Shown here one piece after another: positions 11,011 through 23,419 of a stretch of 64,000 bases of DNA. The stretch comes from Octopus bimaculoides (lineage: Eukaryota): the NCBI RefSeq assembly GCF_001194135.2, contig NC_068985.1, positions 21,266,266-21,330,265 of the forward strand, written 5' to 3'. Made by a program: the position numbers and the translations under genes. A model generated the notes under the pieces. It worked only from the letters and a program-made list of their open reading frames with translations, searched no databases and was not told where the DNA came from. Position 1 is the first letter of the stretch. Each line of letters opens with the position of its first letter.

Positions 11011-14000
11011 GACCAAAATTGTTAATTTTATTATCTACAAAAGTGTGTTCACATACTACCAATACTTCTTTCATGATATCCTCTTTGACATTTAAGAACT
11101 AAGAATTTCAATAAGCAGTGAAAGGACAAATTGAATCTCCTGTTATAGTTTTCCTTTGGTACAGGTTAATATTCCCCTACAGATCAACAGGTTTTAGTTA
11201 TTTACTTATTATTTTATAATAACGCTTTTGAAATATAATTTCCTTAATTGTAATTCTTTAAAAATAATTTTTCTTAATGGGATTGATTTGAGTCTTTTTG
11301 TTGCTAAAAAGGTGATTACTAATTACTTGATTTCTAAACACAACATTCTGTTATTGAAGAATTAAAAAGAAAAAAATAAATAAAATGAGCTAAGGGAAAT
11401 AATTCAAGTGGACCAATGGCATTAATTTAGATATATTGGTTTAGAAGTAAAAAATTCTCAATTTATTGTAATTTCATTAGTTGTAGAAAGATTACTAAGA
11501 CCTAATGGTAATTGTTAGACACCCTAAAAGAAAAAGGGGTGGAGAATCTTAGAAAATTAATTTACATGCTGAGGGGGGAAAATCTGATCTTTGTTGGTAG
11601 GCAAAGTTACAGCTACAGACATGTTTCAGTTTTATTGAACCTCATCTGTAAAACATCAAGCCTAATGATTCCTTTCTTTTGCTTTTAATAAAATGAAAGC
11701 TGACAGCACAACATACAACATAGCAAATCTTCTTAGTCTTAGTTCGTCCCGTACAGTTTTAGTTTGTACATCCGACAGCAAAATGTCTCCAATCATCCCA
11801 GTTTTCAGCATAGTCACTTGCATCTTCCCAGCAAATAGTGGGATTAAAAATCTGTTGGTTAAGTCATTTAGAAAATATTACTCAAAAATAAACAATTTTA
11901 AGTCAAGACGCATTTTCCAAATCTTTCCTTTTCTGGGAAAGGATTTATTTACACATGATTTCAATGTCACATTCATTGAAAGCATGTCAAATAGCATAGA
12001 AAAGAAAATAAAGCCATGAAACAAAACTACGTTGCTGGGAAACTCAGACTTCTCCAGTGACCCAACAGGTCACAGGTAGCCTAGTTATTATCAAATCTAC
12101 ATGCAGCTTATGTTGAGCAAATATGTCTAAAAACCTGTTGTTATTATTGCTACTTTTGCAAATAATCTTCAAATATTAATACTTCCAGGATTTTTAGTTT
12201 ATGGTCTTAATGTCACTCATAACTTCCAAAAAAGGTCATCTGTTCCAACTTGTATAAGATTTTTAGGAGATGAAAAACATATTCTTATTAGTTAAACTGT
12301 CTTTTCTTCATATATACAGATTTAGGCTACAAATATCAGTAGAAATTTTATGCCACCAGCTATTAAGTGATTTTTATTTATATATGTGCAAAGCCACAAA
12401 ATTTATGAGGAACAAGTTTAGTCACTTGAATGACTAATATATATTTTATTGACCCCAGTCAAATGAAAAACTGTCAATACCAACAAGATTTGAACTCAGA
12501 ACTAAAAGAGATGAAAATTTATATAGTCTAGTGCTCTATCTATTTCTCTTACTGCTCCACTTTTAGTACATAAAATTTTATACTTTTATTGGCATTTAAG
12601 CTACATTAACTCAGAAGGATGAATTGGATATTTTGAAAAACCAGCTTGACATCAGAAAGCATCTCCTTTAATTTTCTGCAGTCTCTACATCATTTTACAT
12701 GAGTAAAATATGTTTTAGAGTAAGGGCCCACTTTTCCTGCCCTTAACTGAGTGTATCAAAGAAAAATTAGGTTTGATGTAATGATATGAACATAAATTTA
12801 ATTACTTTATTACAGTATATATAACAGAATCAATAATTTCCATTTCATTGATTTATTTTCTTTACAATCACAAATCAAAAACAATACATATCTTTCTTTT
12901 ATCTTTTACTTGATCCAGCCATGAGACTGTAACCATGCTGGAGCACTCACTGCCTTGAGTTTTAGTATGAGACTTTCTTTGATATGTATATTTTACAGAG
13001 GGATTATGTTCTTATGTCCACATATAAGAATATTTTCAAGGTGTTACATGTAGATGATACATGAATGCAAAAGGTTTTGGTGAAGTGGGGAATGGTTTTA
13101 TCAGCTTAGAATTGTGTCTTGTTAAAAGTAACTTAGAGATTCATAAATGAATTGTAGGAAAATGCAGAAGACATAATCAATAATACAGTTAAGATGTGGA
13201 CTGGCGAGCCTTATCAGTGCATAGTTTGATAGAGGGAATTGACAAATTGAATCCAGATCCTGTGTCTAGATGGCCCGACTGGAATTTGAAGGAGGAAAGA
13301 GATTGTAGGTCTGTGATGGAGATAATTAGTTATTGTACATCAAAATTATTTAATTAGTCATCATATAAGCTTGCCCAGTTCATTTACAGATACTATTCAG
13401 CATCTCTATACCCAAGAGAGTTTCTTCTTACAAAGATATGAAGTCTAAGTATCTTACCTAATAGAATATAAATTCAATAAAAACTGCTTGCTTTTTTCTT
13501 TAATTGCCAATATCAATGCGATCAAATTATCTCCCCGCAACAATTTTTGAAATCTTTTACTTTAATAATTAATGTCAATCGTGACAAGTAATAACAACTA
13601 TCGGTGGAGCAAGTAACAACTTGTCCATTACATGTTGTGGTCACTGAAAGGATGAAACGTGCTTATTGAAATGTGTCATGTATTGAATAAAATAGAACAA
13701 ATTTTCCTCTCTTCTTTTCTTTTTTCTAAGAGTTGGGGTGTAATTATTCAACTTAAACTATTTTGATATTCTAGTAGCTATTTCATCAGAAAGATGACCT
13801 GTGTCTTTATAACAGTGTATGAATCTCCTTTTTATCTTTTATGTCTGCAATTACTGACAATACCAACAGCTACACATATCAATTTAAACTTTAAACTCTG
13901 TTGTTGGTGAAAGCTATGCTATTGCATACTCGAGACAATTGTATCTCATTACCATCACTGGTTCTGTTATCTTTATTACTGACTGCTCTAATTATTTGGA

Positions 14001-15449
14001 TTCTGTTAACTATCTCTCTCTCTCTCTCTGTTTCTTGTTCTATACTAAACTTGAATCTATATATTAAGATACACAACTTTTAGGTTCCAATTCAAGCAGT
14101 TTCAAGATTACCTCTGCAAACATAGAATGCTACAGTAATAAAATTGAGTTCTGTATATTTGAATTGAGATGGTGTTACATAATGGGTGAGATCTAATAGT
14201 TACATGCGCTTCAATTATCTTTGTCATATTCTTGTTTTTGTTTTTTTTNNNNNNNNNNTTTGGTCTATTGAATAATTTATATTGAAATCTTTTCTCTCTG
14301 CCCCTCTTTTTCATCTCTCCTTTCCACTTCTCTTTCCCTCTCTCCCCTTCTCTCCCTAGTGTAAGCATTGCCGATCTCTATTGATTCACACTCCGAATCC
14401 GTTATCTCTTCCCATGTCAGTAAAAATGGATTTAATCAATAAATTTTAAAATACATTTATTTTATACAAATAATAATTTTTATTCCTTTTAAGTTCCAGT
14501 TATAACATCTGCCTTTTCTTTTATATAATTATTTATTTATACACTTCCAGAACATCTATCATTTATAATTCTTTCCAACAACAAACGCCAATATTTTTAT
14601 CTTCCTTCTATGCATCACATTTTTCAATTATTGAAGTTAACAGCATTCATAGCAACAACAAACACACTTCCCCATCACACTTAATGAAGCAGAAATTCAA
14701 AAATATTATTTCCTATGATGGATGTAAATCTTATGTTATCCAACTGGTCTTAACTACCCATAAATGCTCTACTAATCCTTTGGCTTTTTTAAAAATCTTA
14801 TGCAATATCATAGTGAACTTAAAGCTGTAATATTTCTTTGAAAAAATATACTCAATCAAATTTAGACAAATTTATGGAATTAAATACAGATCTACTGACT
14901 TAGGTTTTCATGCCTTATTTTTATTCTTTATATACCTTACTTATAGAATTAATGAATAACTATCTGTTCCATTCCAATTATATCTGTACTTTCTGTATTT
15001 CTTCTTAGTAAATTGCTGGCATGGTACCATTTTCTACATATTAAATAAATGGCAAAGACAGTATTATATCATTATTTATTCTAAGTATGTAGTTCCACCC
15101 TACACTGCCAGCTGCCAATGTTCCCAATCACCTAAAATGTTGGTGTTACCATTTTTAATACTTTTTTTCTTTACTGTCTGCTCTGGTACCTCAAAAACTA
15201 CTCAACCTGGAAACAAGAAGTCCAAATGTTTTATTAATGATCACGAAGAAGTTTTTTTTTTTTTTTTCTTCTGAAATTATGTTTTTTAGCTTGTTATTTA
15301 AATGTTAAGTAGGCCACCTATTTTTTGTATGTTGTATGGCTTGGAGAGCAAAAGGTTTTACGAAAAAGAAAAAAACAACCTAAATGCAATAGAAATATAC
15401 TCACTAGATATTGGTAGTTATAAATTTGGTAACGAAGTATATATTCAAA

Positions 15450-15830
15450 TAATGATCTTTTACTTGTTTCAGTAATTGGAATGCTTCCATGCTGGAGCAC
15501 CATCTTGAAGATTTTAGTAGAGAACTTATTTTTAAATTTGGTACTTATTCTATTGCTCTCCTTTGCTAAACTGCTTAGTTGTGGAGACATAAATGAACCA
15601 ACACTGATTGCCATGCAGTATTGAGGGATAAACACAAATAGACATATACAGACACACACATATATACACAACGAGCTTTCACTGATTTTCTGTCTACCAA
15701 ATTCACCCTTAAGGCATTGGTTGACCTAGGGTTATAGTAGAAGACACTTGCCCAAAGTACCATGCAGTCGGATTGAACCCAAAAGCACATGGTTGCAAAG
15801 CTATCTTCTTAACCATACAAGCTATGCCTG
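15450..15830 (-). mobile_element. CORE-like SINE
   Basis: Reverse complement of head (ctatagtagaagacacttgcccaa...gaaccc...cttcttaaccatac) plus 3' body (ccatgctggagcacc). Confidence 0.8.
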
Positions 15831-17619
15831 TAAAAATCATTTTCTTTTTTTTCTTTTTTTTTCTTTTTGTTAACATTTTAGTTAACATTGGGCCAAATAT
15901 TTCTTATGTAATTACATTGAGAAGAGAATGTACGTCAAACTTAGTCCAACTTGTGAAATACCAATCTACATATTTCCCCATTAGATGTACCTGTTTTATT
16001 ATGTCTGTCTATACCTGCTGTCTTATACCTTCTTTTGTTCTCAATTATGTTCAGCTTATCTCAGTATTTTGATATTGATTGGGACATTTACAAATCTTTA
16101 ATTAGGTTTATGGAGCAGTTACTTAGTAATGAATTCTAAGACATCCATTATTTTTTTACATTCTTATCTGGCTCGTGTATAACCTGGGTAGTGCATGTTG
16201 CACTGATAAACAATGAATGGCACCCCCTCCCCTTCTACCCCACTATAAAAAAAAAGAAAAAAGATTTTATACAGCAAACTAGAAATTGGAAAGTATCCAC
16301 AAAATAAACCCAAAAAGAAAAAAACAAAGACACTGCATAAAAACAGCCTGAAAAAAAATAAGCAAAGAGATAAATATGAGTGATTGAGAAAAGCTGGCAG
16401 TAAATTGGAATGGTTGGAGATGTTCCATTAAGAAAGGATGCAGCATATTTAAGATAAGGTAGATTAAACATGCTGTACTAAAATGTACCTTCTGTAAAGA
16501 CACCCTTCTCAACCAGCTGGGTACTCTAAGGAGCTGGAAGTGTGAAGGTGAGACCTGTAGATGTACTCATCATTTGAAAGTAGGCTATGTTAATTGCTTG
16601 AAATCACACATTCACAAGAACAATATTTTACTGCTGCTTTCACAAAATATTTGTGCAGTGTGCAGCAAAGTGTGTTAATCCAAACATGGACTACAAACAC
16701 GCATAATAGTGCACATGAATGTCATTCCATTGTTACAATAATTCCTGTTGAGATATTAAGTTTTGTCTGTCATATTTGCTCATGGGTGTATGACAGTAGA
16801 CAAAAGATTGACTGAACAATGAATAAATGAGACAGTTATCATCTGACAAGATAACACTACATATATATATATATATATATTTATTGTTTTATATGATTTA
16901 TATATAAAAACAATTCAACATTAAACTAAAGAATTACTCAATACTTTTTAGCAGAATACATGTTTATTAAACTTTTGCAAGAGATGACAGTGACTTTGAA
17001 GTTTCAACAAGGGGTAGCAGGCCAAAACTTTGTCACCCCCTCCTGTAAAAGTTTACTATTTATGTGTATGTGTACCTCTGTATTGACCACACTATTGGAT
17101 GTTATACACTGCTGGTCATAATGCACTTCAAATGATGCCAAGGAGAAGCACTACTGGAGCTACTCGCCTAGTAAATTCTTACAAATTACTAATCCCTTTG
17201 GGGAAATGGTCCTGCTCAATATGTAGAAAAGACATGCCATAAAGGCATGTCTTTTATGTCTATGCTCCTGTTGATTCTCTTCTCCATAGCATATCCTCTG
17301 AATACCTACTCCTTCTGTGTCCTCTTACTACATTCTCAGCTCTCCACCATCTCTCACTATTTTTTACAATCTTATCTATCCTTGGTCCACTTCCCTGTAA
17401 TTTGGATGTATGTCCTGTCACATCTTCACCATCATCTCTCTCCTTCTCCCTCTCCCTCTCTCTCCAACTAAGGTAATCATGTATCTCCTCTACAGCAAGG
17501 TACCTAATTCTATCCCTCTATTCATACTCTAACTTCTCATCACCTGGCACAAAGCCTCCTCTATTAAAACTAATCTCACCTCAGTTGAGTGGGGGTCTTG
17601 TTTTGCAATTTACTTGGAG

Positions 17620-17810
17620 ATTTCAGTGCTACTGGTGCCATGTAAAAAAACACCCAGTACATTCTCTGATTGGCATTAGGAAGGTCATCCAGTCATAGAC
17701 ACCATGCCAAAACAGACTTTGGAGTTTGGTGCAATCTTTTGACTTGCCAGCTCCTGTCAAACCATCCAACAATGCCAGCTTTCAGGGAGAATGTTAAATG
17801 ATGATGATAT
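17620..17810 (+). mobile_element. RTE-tail repeat
   Basis: gtgccatgtaaaaaaacaccc...ggcattaggaagg..atcc...aaaccatccaac...gttaaatgatgatgat. Confidence 0.75.
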
Positions 17811-18379
17811 GTAAAACCTACAAGATCTTCAATGTGGTTCCCATTGAACAACTACAAAGAAGTTACTTAGTTGGCTTGCTTGTCTCATAAATATGTTACA
17901 GGTGTTCAAGTTTTTGTGTAATTTAATAGCAACTAGCTTTCTTTTTTTCTTTTTCTCTTATCAGTTAAAAATGTCAATTAGTTTCTTCTTTCTCTCAATC
18001 TATTTACACTTTCAGCAAACATTGTGCAATTTTGCTCACTCAACCTATATATCTCAGGAATGATGTAACTCTGCCATTCATTGCAGCAGTATATTTGGTA
18101 CAACTACATTCCATTTGCTGGTTAATTTCAATGCTTTAGTCTAATAATTAGTGACTAGTGGAACCTGTGAATATTTCACGGAATTAATGATAAACTTATT
18201 GGGTTATTTCTGATAACTTTATTCAAAAAACCTGAAAGTGTAGCCTGTGTTGTATCTGTATCAAAAGATAGTCACTCATCTCCTAATCATTGGAAAGTGA
18301 AGGAAATTGAAATACGATGATTACTTAATGCATTTTATATATACACTTTATATACTTTTTGCACAATTTTATAGACTTA

Positions 18380-19075
18380 ATACGCAGTACTCTCCCTCTT
18401 CGCCTTACCCTCTCTCTTTTTCTCCATGCGGACACATTTCTCTCCTATGACATCACTGTTTTCTTTCACACACTGCCTTGCAATCCAAAATACTTCAGGT
18501 CTTTGGTCCTCACATCGCTGAACATTGGCAAACTTCTTTTCTGCTACTCTCTTGGCTATATATACCTGTCTCCTAGCTTCTCTTTTGGCTATCTGATACA
18601 GTCTCCTGCTACCCCCACTCTTCTAGGCCTGTTTCTTTGCCCTAATGGCCCCCATCTACAGTATTGTTCCACCACCATGTTACCCTAGGTCTGGAATGGA
18701 CTTTGCACCAGCCACAGATTTGGTCTGTGGTGCTCAGCAAGCTGTCTCACAGAAATTCCCAGCTGCCTTCTATGTCAAAGGACTGAAGCTCCTCCTCCCT
18801 ATCATCAAATTTCTTGGTAAGGATATCCCTAAATCTCTGACCATGTGAAGAGTTCTTAAGCTTCCAAGTCCTTCTTTTCCAGATTGGTCTGCTTTTTGGC
18901 ATCCTTCTGGCCTCGAGTCTAAAGTCACTAATAACTAGTCTATGCTGGGGAGATACATTCTTCACCAGGGAGGGTCTTTGTATTTAAGAGCAACCATGCA
19001 TCCCACTGTCTGGTGAGAATGAAATCAATCTGGCTAGCAGAGTCACCTGATTGATAAGTTATCAGGTGGTTAGCT
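18380..19075 (-). mobile_element. RTE-clade LINE fragment (endonuclease C-terminus and linker)
   Basis: VSPQHRLVISDFRL...IWKRRTWKLK...GSWEFL, then AIRAKKQA...YQIAKREARRQVYIAK...VIGEKCVR on the minus strand. Confidence 0.8.
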
Positions 19076-19458
19076 AGCTTCCTGAAGTTGGTGTTGCAGT
19101 GCCTTTCACTTCAACTAATCATGTGAAAGTGTTACAGACAGGCTAAGTAACGGAGAATAAAGAACTTAGTTAAAGAAAAATTACACATTTCACACACCAC
19201 AACATCCCCCCTGCCTCTCCCCATCACTCCCATCCCCCTTCAACTAATCACATGGAAACATTACAGATGGGCTAAATGACAGAGAGGCAAGCAGAATTTT
19301 CATAAGATAATCATTCCATCACATGTACCAAAAATATTCTTTGGGTCATTTCTAGCTATTGTTGTTGTTAAGTTGTTCTACTCAGGCTCTGCTCAGAGCC
19401 ATTGATGATTTCTTTGACAATCACTCAAGTAATTGAAGAAGGACAGTTTCTATTTCAG

Positions 19459-19488
19459 GAGGTGGAATTTACTCGTGTTTGGTGACTG
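19459..19488 (+). other. Candidate 30-nt upstream micro-exon (possibly MINDY 5' exon)
   Basis: tttctatttcag|GAGGTGGAATTTACTCGTGTTTGGTGACTG|gtaatt; phase 1-1 frame GGIYSCLVT is compatible with the phase-1 acceptor at 32104. Confidence 0.25.
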
Positions 19489-19974
19489 GTAATTCTACTT
19501 TTTCTCTTTTTTATTTAATCATAAGTAATATTGGAAATTTAACAGTTAATTATATTTCCTTTGTTAGTAACTACTTTATAATTCTACTTGGACATTTTTA
19601 TTAGTTTGGTAAAACAAGTTTTACTGTTTATAGTTTGTTTCGTTTTGGCCTTTTTTTTTTTCTTATTCAGTCTCTGCTTTTGCTACACACATGTTGTAAG
19701 AGCTTGCTCAGGCAATTTTTATTTTTATCAATCCTTTCCATTGATTATTATCATCTGTTAGTGTTAAGTTTATAAAAGCAATTTGAATGCTCAAATACAT
19801 GACAACCAAAAAAAAAAAAAAATTGGTTTTCTAGATATGAGAGTTTGTTTTAGTTTAAATATAATTTTATTGATTATCGTAATACCCATAACATTAAAAT
19901 GGCTGATAATATTTTATTGTGACCTTAATTGTCTTGTCTTTGGTATGTGTTCATTAGAATACCATATTGTTCAT

Positions 19975-20200
19975 AATCATCATCTTTAATGTCAGCTTTT
20001 CCATGCTTTCATGAGTCAGACAGAATTTGTTGAAGCAGATTTTCTACAACCAGATGCCCTTCCTGTCCCCAACCCTCACCTGTTTCCAGGCAATTAAATA
20101 GTTTCCCATAGTTCAACATGTTTTTCACAAAAGACTGGAAACAAACAACATTGCCTGTATAATGGTGATACTCATTTACAGCCACCACATGATATTTAGA
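19975..20200 (-). mobile_element. RTE-tail variant repeat
   Basis: catcatctttaatgtcagcttttccatgc...tttgttgaagcagattttctacaaccagatgcccttcctgtc. Confidence 0.75.
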
Positions 20201-20384
20201 CAAGAGTACACATCAACATGTACACACATGTGTATTTTTTCCTTTACTTGAAATTACCTTGTGCAAAGGCCCTTGGGCCACTTCTAGGTAGAGAATTACA
20301 AGAAAGGAGAGAGTAGCATTAATGCCATAAATCACTTTGTATATATGCCTTTTTCAGATGACAATAAAATAATTGGTCGTCAAT

Positions 20385-20570
20385 ATCATTGTTTAACATT
20401 TCTTTTTCCATGCTGTTTTGGGTTGGATGGTCTGATGGCCAGCCAGAGAGGTGTACCAGGTTCCAGTTGTCTGTTTTGGCATGGTTTCTATAGTTGGATG
20501 CCCTTCCTTACACCAATTACTTTACAGAGTGTAATGGGTGCTTTTTATGTGGCACTGGCATGTAAAAAAT
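20385..20570 (-). mobile_element. RTE-tail repeat abutting the palindrome
   Basis: gtttaacatt...tttccatgctg...gggttggatgg...tttctatagttggatgcccttcct...tttttatgtggcactggca. Confidence 0.75.
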
Positions 20571-20574
20571 TGAA

Positions 20575-20979
20575 ATGAAATACGAGATGCACATTATTTA
20601 CATTATTTACATTTGTTGGATATTTGTCCTCATCTTTGTTGTTAACACGTTTCAGCTGATATACCCTCCAGCCTTCATCAGATGTCTTGTGGAAAATCTC
20701 GAACCTGGGTTTTCATTCTTAAGGTATTTTTCAATGTTGTTATTATTATTATTATTATTATTCAGGTCACTGCTTGGAATCAAACTCAGAATCTTGGGGT
20801 TAAGAGTGTGGGCTACTAACCCCAAGATTCCGAGTTTGATTCCAGGCAGTGACCTGAATAATAATAACATCGAAAAATACCTTAGGAATGAGAACCCAGG
20901 TTCGAAATTTTCCCCACGACACCTTATGAAGGCTAGAGGGTATATCAGCTGAAACGTTGTGTTAACAACAAACAAGATG
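20575..20979. mobile_element. Palindromic head-to-head dimer of a tRNA-head SINE-like element carrying a hammerhead-like motif
   Basis: 20631-20802 is the near-perfect reverse complement of 20817-20979 around a 14-nt loop. Centre is a tRNA-like head (ggttaagag...gagtttgattcc). Each arm has gaca(c/t)-CT(G/T)ATGA-A-GGCT(G/A)-gagggtatat-CAGCT-GAAACGT. Confidence 0.75.
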
Positions 20980-21259
20980 TGCAAGGGAATTTGCAATATG
21001 TTTGTGTGCTATCCAGAAAGCACAGTTGCAGTTCACTGAATTCGACAAATTAAGTTCTGATGAGGAATTGCCAGACTGGCAGGTCCAAGATATGAAGCTC
21101 ATTTGAACACTTTCCATAGAAATAAAAGTAACATCGTTAACAGTTGAAGTGACAAAAGGAACTCATCACCAACTCATCTAAACATCTGATTTTGCTGGAG
21201 AATAGATGTTTTGGGGAACCGACCCAAATGTTTAAACAATACTCTATTTTTTAATGGAT

Positions 21260-23260
21260 CTGATTCTTGTATAGATACACTAGAACTTCAAGTGTTAGGA
21301 ATCTTATAAATGGTAGAACAAGCTCACCATTCTAGTTGTAAGCTTGGCAAGAGACATAATGTAGACATCCCACCTCACATCAGATGTGAATTTCAGACCT
21401 AAGAATTTTAACAAATGAGAGTCCTTCAAAGCAGTCCTAGCCATCAAAATAAAAGGAAGGTCAGGAATTTCATGATGGTGGTGGAAAGCAGTCACATTGG
21501 TGTTGGAAGCATTAAATATAACAAGTCATTTATTTCCCCATTGCATGATTCCAGTTAGGCCATGGTAAAGATCTGCATCTAGATTCAAGTGTGGGATGTT
21601 CTCAAACTATAATACATGGTATCATCAGCAAACATATCACTAAAGGGTCTTATTAATTTACTAAGTATATCGTTAATAAACAACAACAAGAATGTAGATC
21701 CCAGGACAAATCTCTGGGGTCCACCTGCATTGATTTCATAAATGTCAGAGAACTGATCATTGATGGCAACTTTTAGACTTCTTATTAAGAATGAATTTAT
21801 GGTGGAAAAGTTTCTTCTAGATATAGTATAGCTGGTTAGTTTATGAAGCAATCTTCTATGTCATGCCATGTCAAATGCTTTGGAGATGTGTAATGCAGTA
21901 GCACCAGAATCCAAGCTGCTATCCAGTGCAGTACTTATACTGTCATACTCATTACTTCATGACCATGAGTCAACAAAAATTATACTGCTTATCATTAAGG
22001 AGACTGGTTTTATTTATGTGCTTAATAACATGCTTGTTAATCATACACTCAGTTTGCTGTCGATGTTCAATAGAAAAATTAGTCTTTATTAAAATGGGGA
22101 GGAATGTTTACTAGAATTCTTGAAAACTGAGCTAACAACAGACCAGAGAAGCATTTGTTATTATGACGATGACAAACTTTGCTACAATTGAGGATATCTT
22201 GAGGTATAGGTTTTTCAACTGGAGTTTGGTGTTGGCCAGTTGGTTTAATTTTGGTTCAATATACCTCATAAGTTTGGAAACCTCCTCGGCCAATATTCCA
22301 AAAATAGAAACCTAACAATTTGTATGATTTGAAAGTCTGGCAAAGAATGGTTAGTCATCCAACATGGAATTTAGTTCAAAATTTTTCATAAATAGCTTTG
22401 CTTTGTTTGAGGACAAATGAGATTGCCTCCAGCCCATTGATGATTGTAAGACTAGATGATTTTCCATGGTTAAGTATTCTACTAGTTACTATCCTCCAGA
22501 GTTTATATGAGCCAAGCCTCTTTCGATCAGTCACCATTTGAACAGGTTCAACATAGCTAGTTTTGGCATTCTTTGGTGTTCCTTACAGATATTATAGAAG
22601 AATGCTACACTAGTATTACAACCATTTTGGTGGTACAGGTAGAAATAGCGGTTAGAATAAGCTATAGCAACAGCAGCACACTCCAGAGTAAAATAAAGTT
22701 GAGTTTGGAGTTTTTCAGTATTTCTTATTTGGGACAACATTATTGATACCACCAAGGATCCACTTAACAATTAGAGATGCAACTTTTGATGCTCTGTAAC
22801 CGGAAAGATATTCAAATATGGCATCAATCTGGAAAGAACAGAAATCTTCTCAATCTGTTTTAGAGCCCCTGAACACAGTCTGGTGGAATGGTTCATCAAT
22901 AGATTATTTACTCTGTGCATTAAGAACAACTATGACCAATCAGGGGTCTGATCCACCAAGTTGATACTACACAGCTGTAGCACAATGATTAGGACATGAA
23001 GTCAGGAAGAAATGATGCAGCTTAGGGTTAGGATTACTGATATCTAGAACATGGATTGTAAAATCAATACTTTGAATTAGTTTATTTTGCCAGAGAAACT
23101 GTAGCAGTGTCTGCCTTCAATACCTGTTTTGTTGGAATATGATCAATCTTTATAGTGGATGTTAATGTCTCCACAGATGTGGATGTCAGCAGATGGATTA
23201 TCAACCAGAATTTTGTCTATTTGATCAGTAGCTACATAGCCTGATGCTACATAGCCTAAT
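21260..23260 (-). mobile_element. Decayed CR1/L2/Jockey-group LINE (endonuclease plus RT)
   Basis: LHKLTSY.ISRRNFSTINSFL.RSLKVAINDQFS..INAGGPQ.FVLG.T.LLLFINDIL...MFADDT; LKFLGLKFTSDVRW; GDIN and FLTSCP remnants near 23.0-23.2 kb. Confidence 0.8.
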
Positions 23261-23280
23261 GCTATATAGCCTAATGCTAA
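23235..23280. repeat. 15-bp tandem repeat (tacatagcctaatgc), 3 units
   Basis: Direct reading of sequence. Confidence 0.85.
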
Positions 23281-23380
23281 TAAAGGGTGACTATAAAACA
23301 ACGGCATGGAGAAGTGTCAGATAAAAACACATGACTGGTAAATTAAAATCTTCAAGGATGTATCTACTACAGTGAATGCC

Positions 23381-23419
<39 letters not shown>

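Noticed and set aside
13901-14083. Hydrophobic 60-aa ORF resembling a membrane peptide
   Set aside because: Hydrophobicity is explained by T-rich composition and a (CT)n run; no supporting splice or homology signal.
20575-20996. Two overlapping 114-125 aa ORFs with near-identical sequence on opposite strands
   Set aside because: A direct consequence of the palindrome, not protein-coding evidence.
21055-21100. CTGATGAG followed by a small hairpin
   Set aside because: No GAAA or helix III/I elements downstream; not a hammerhead.
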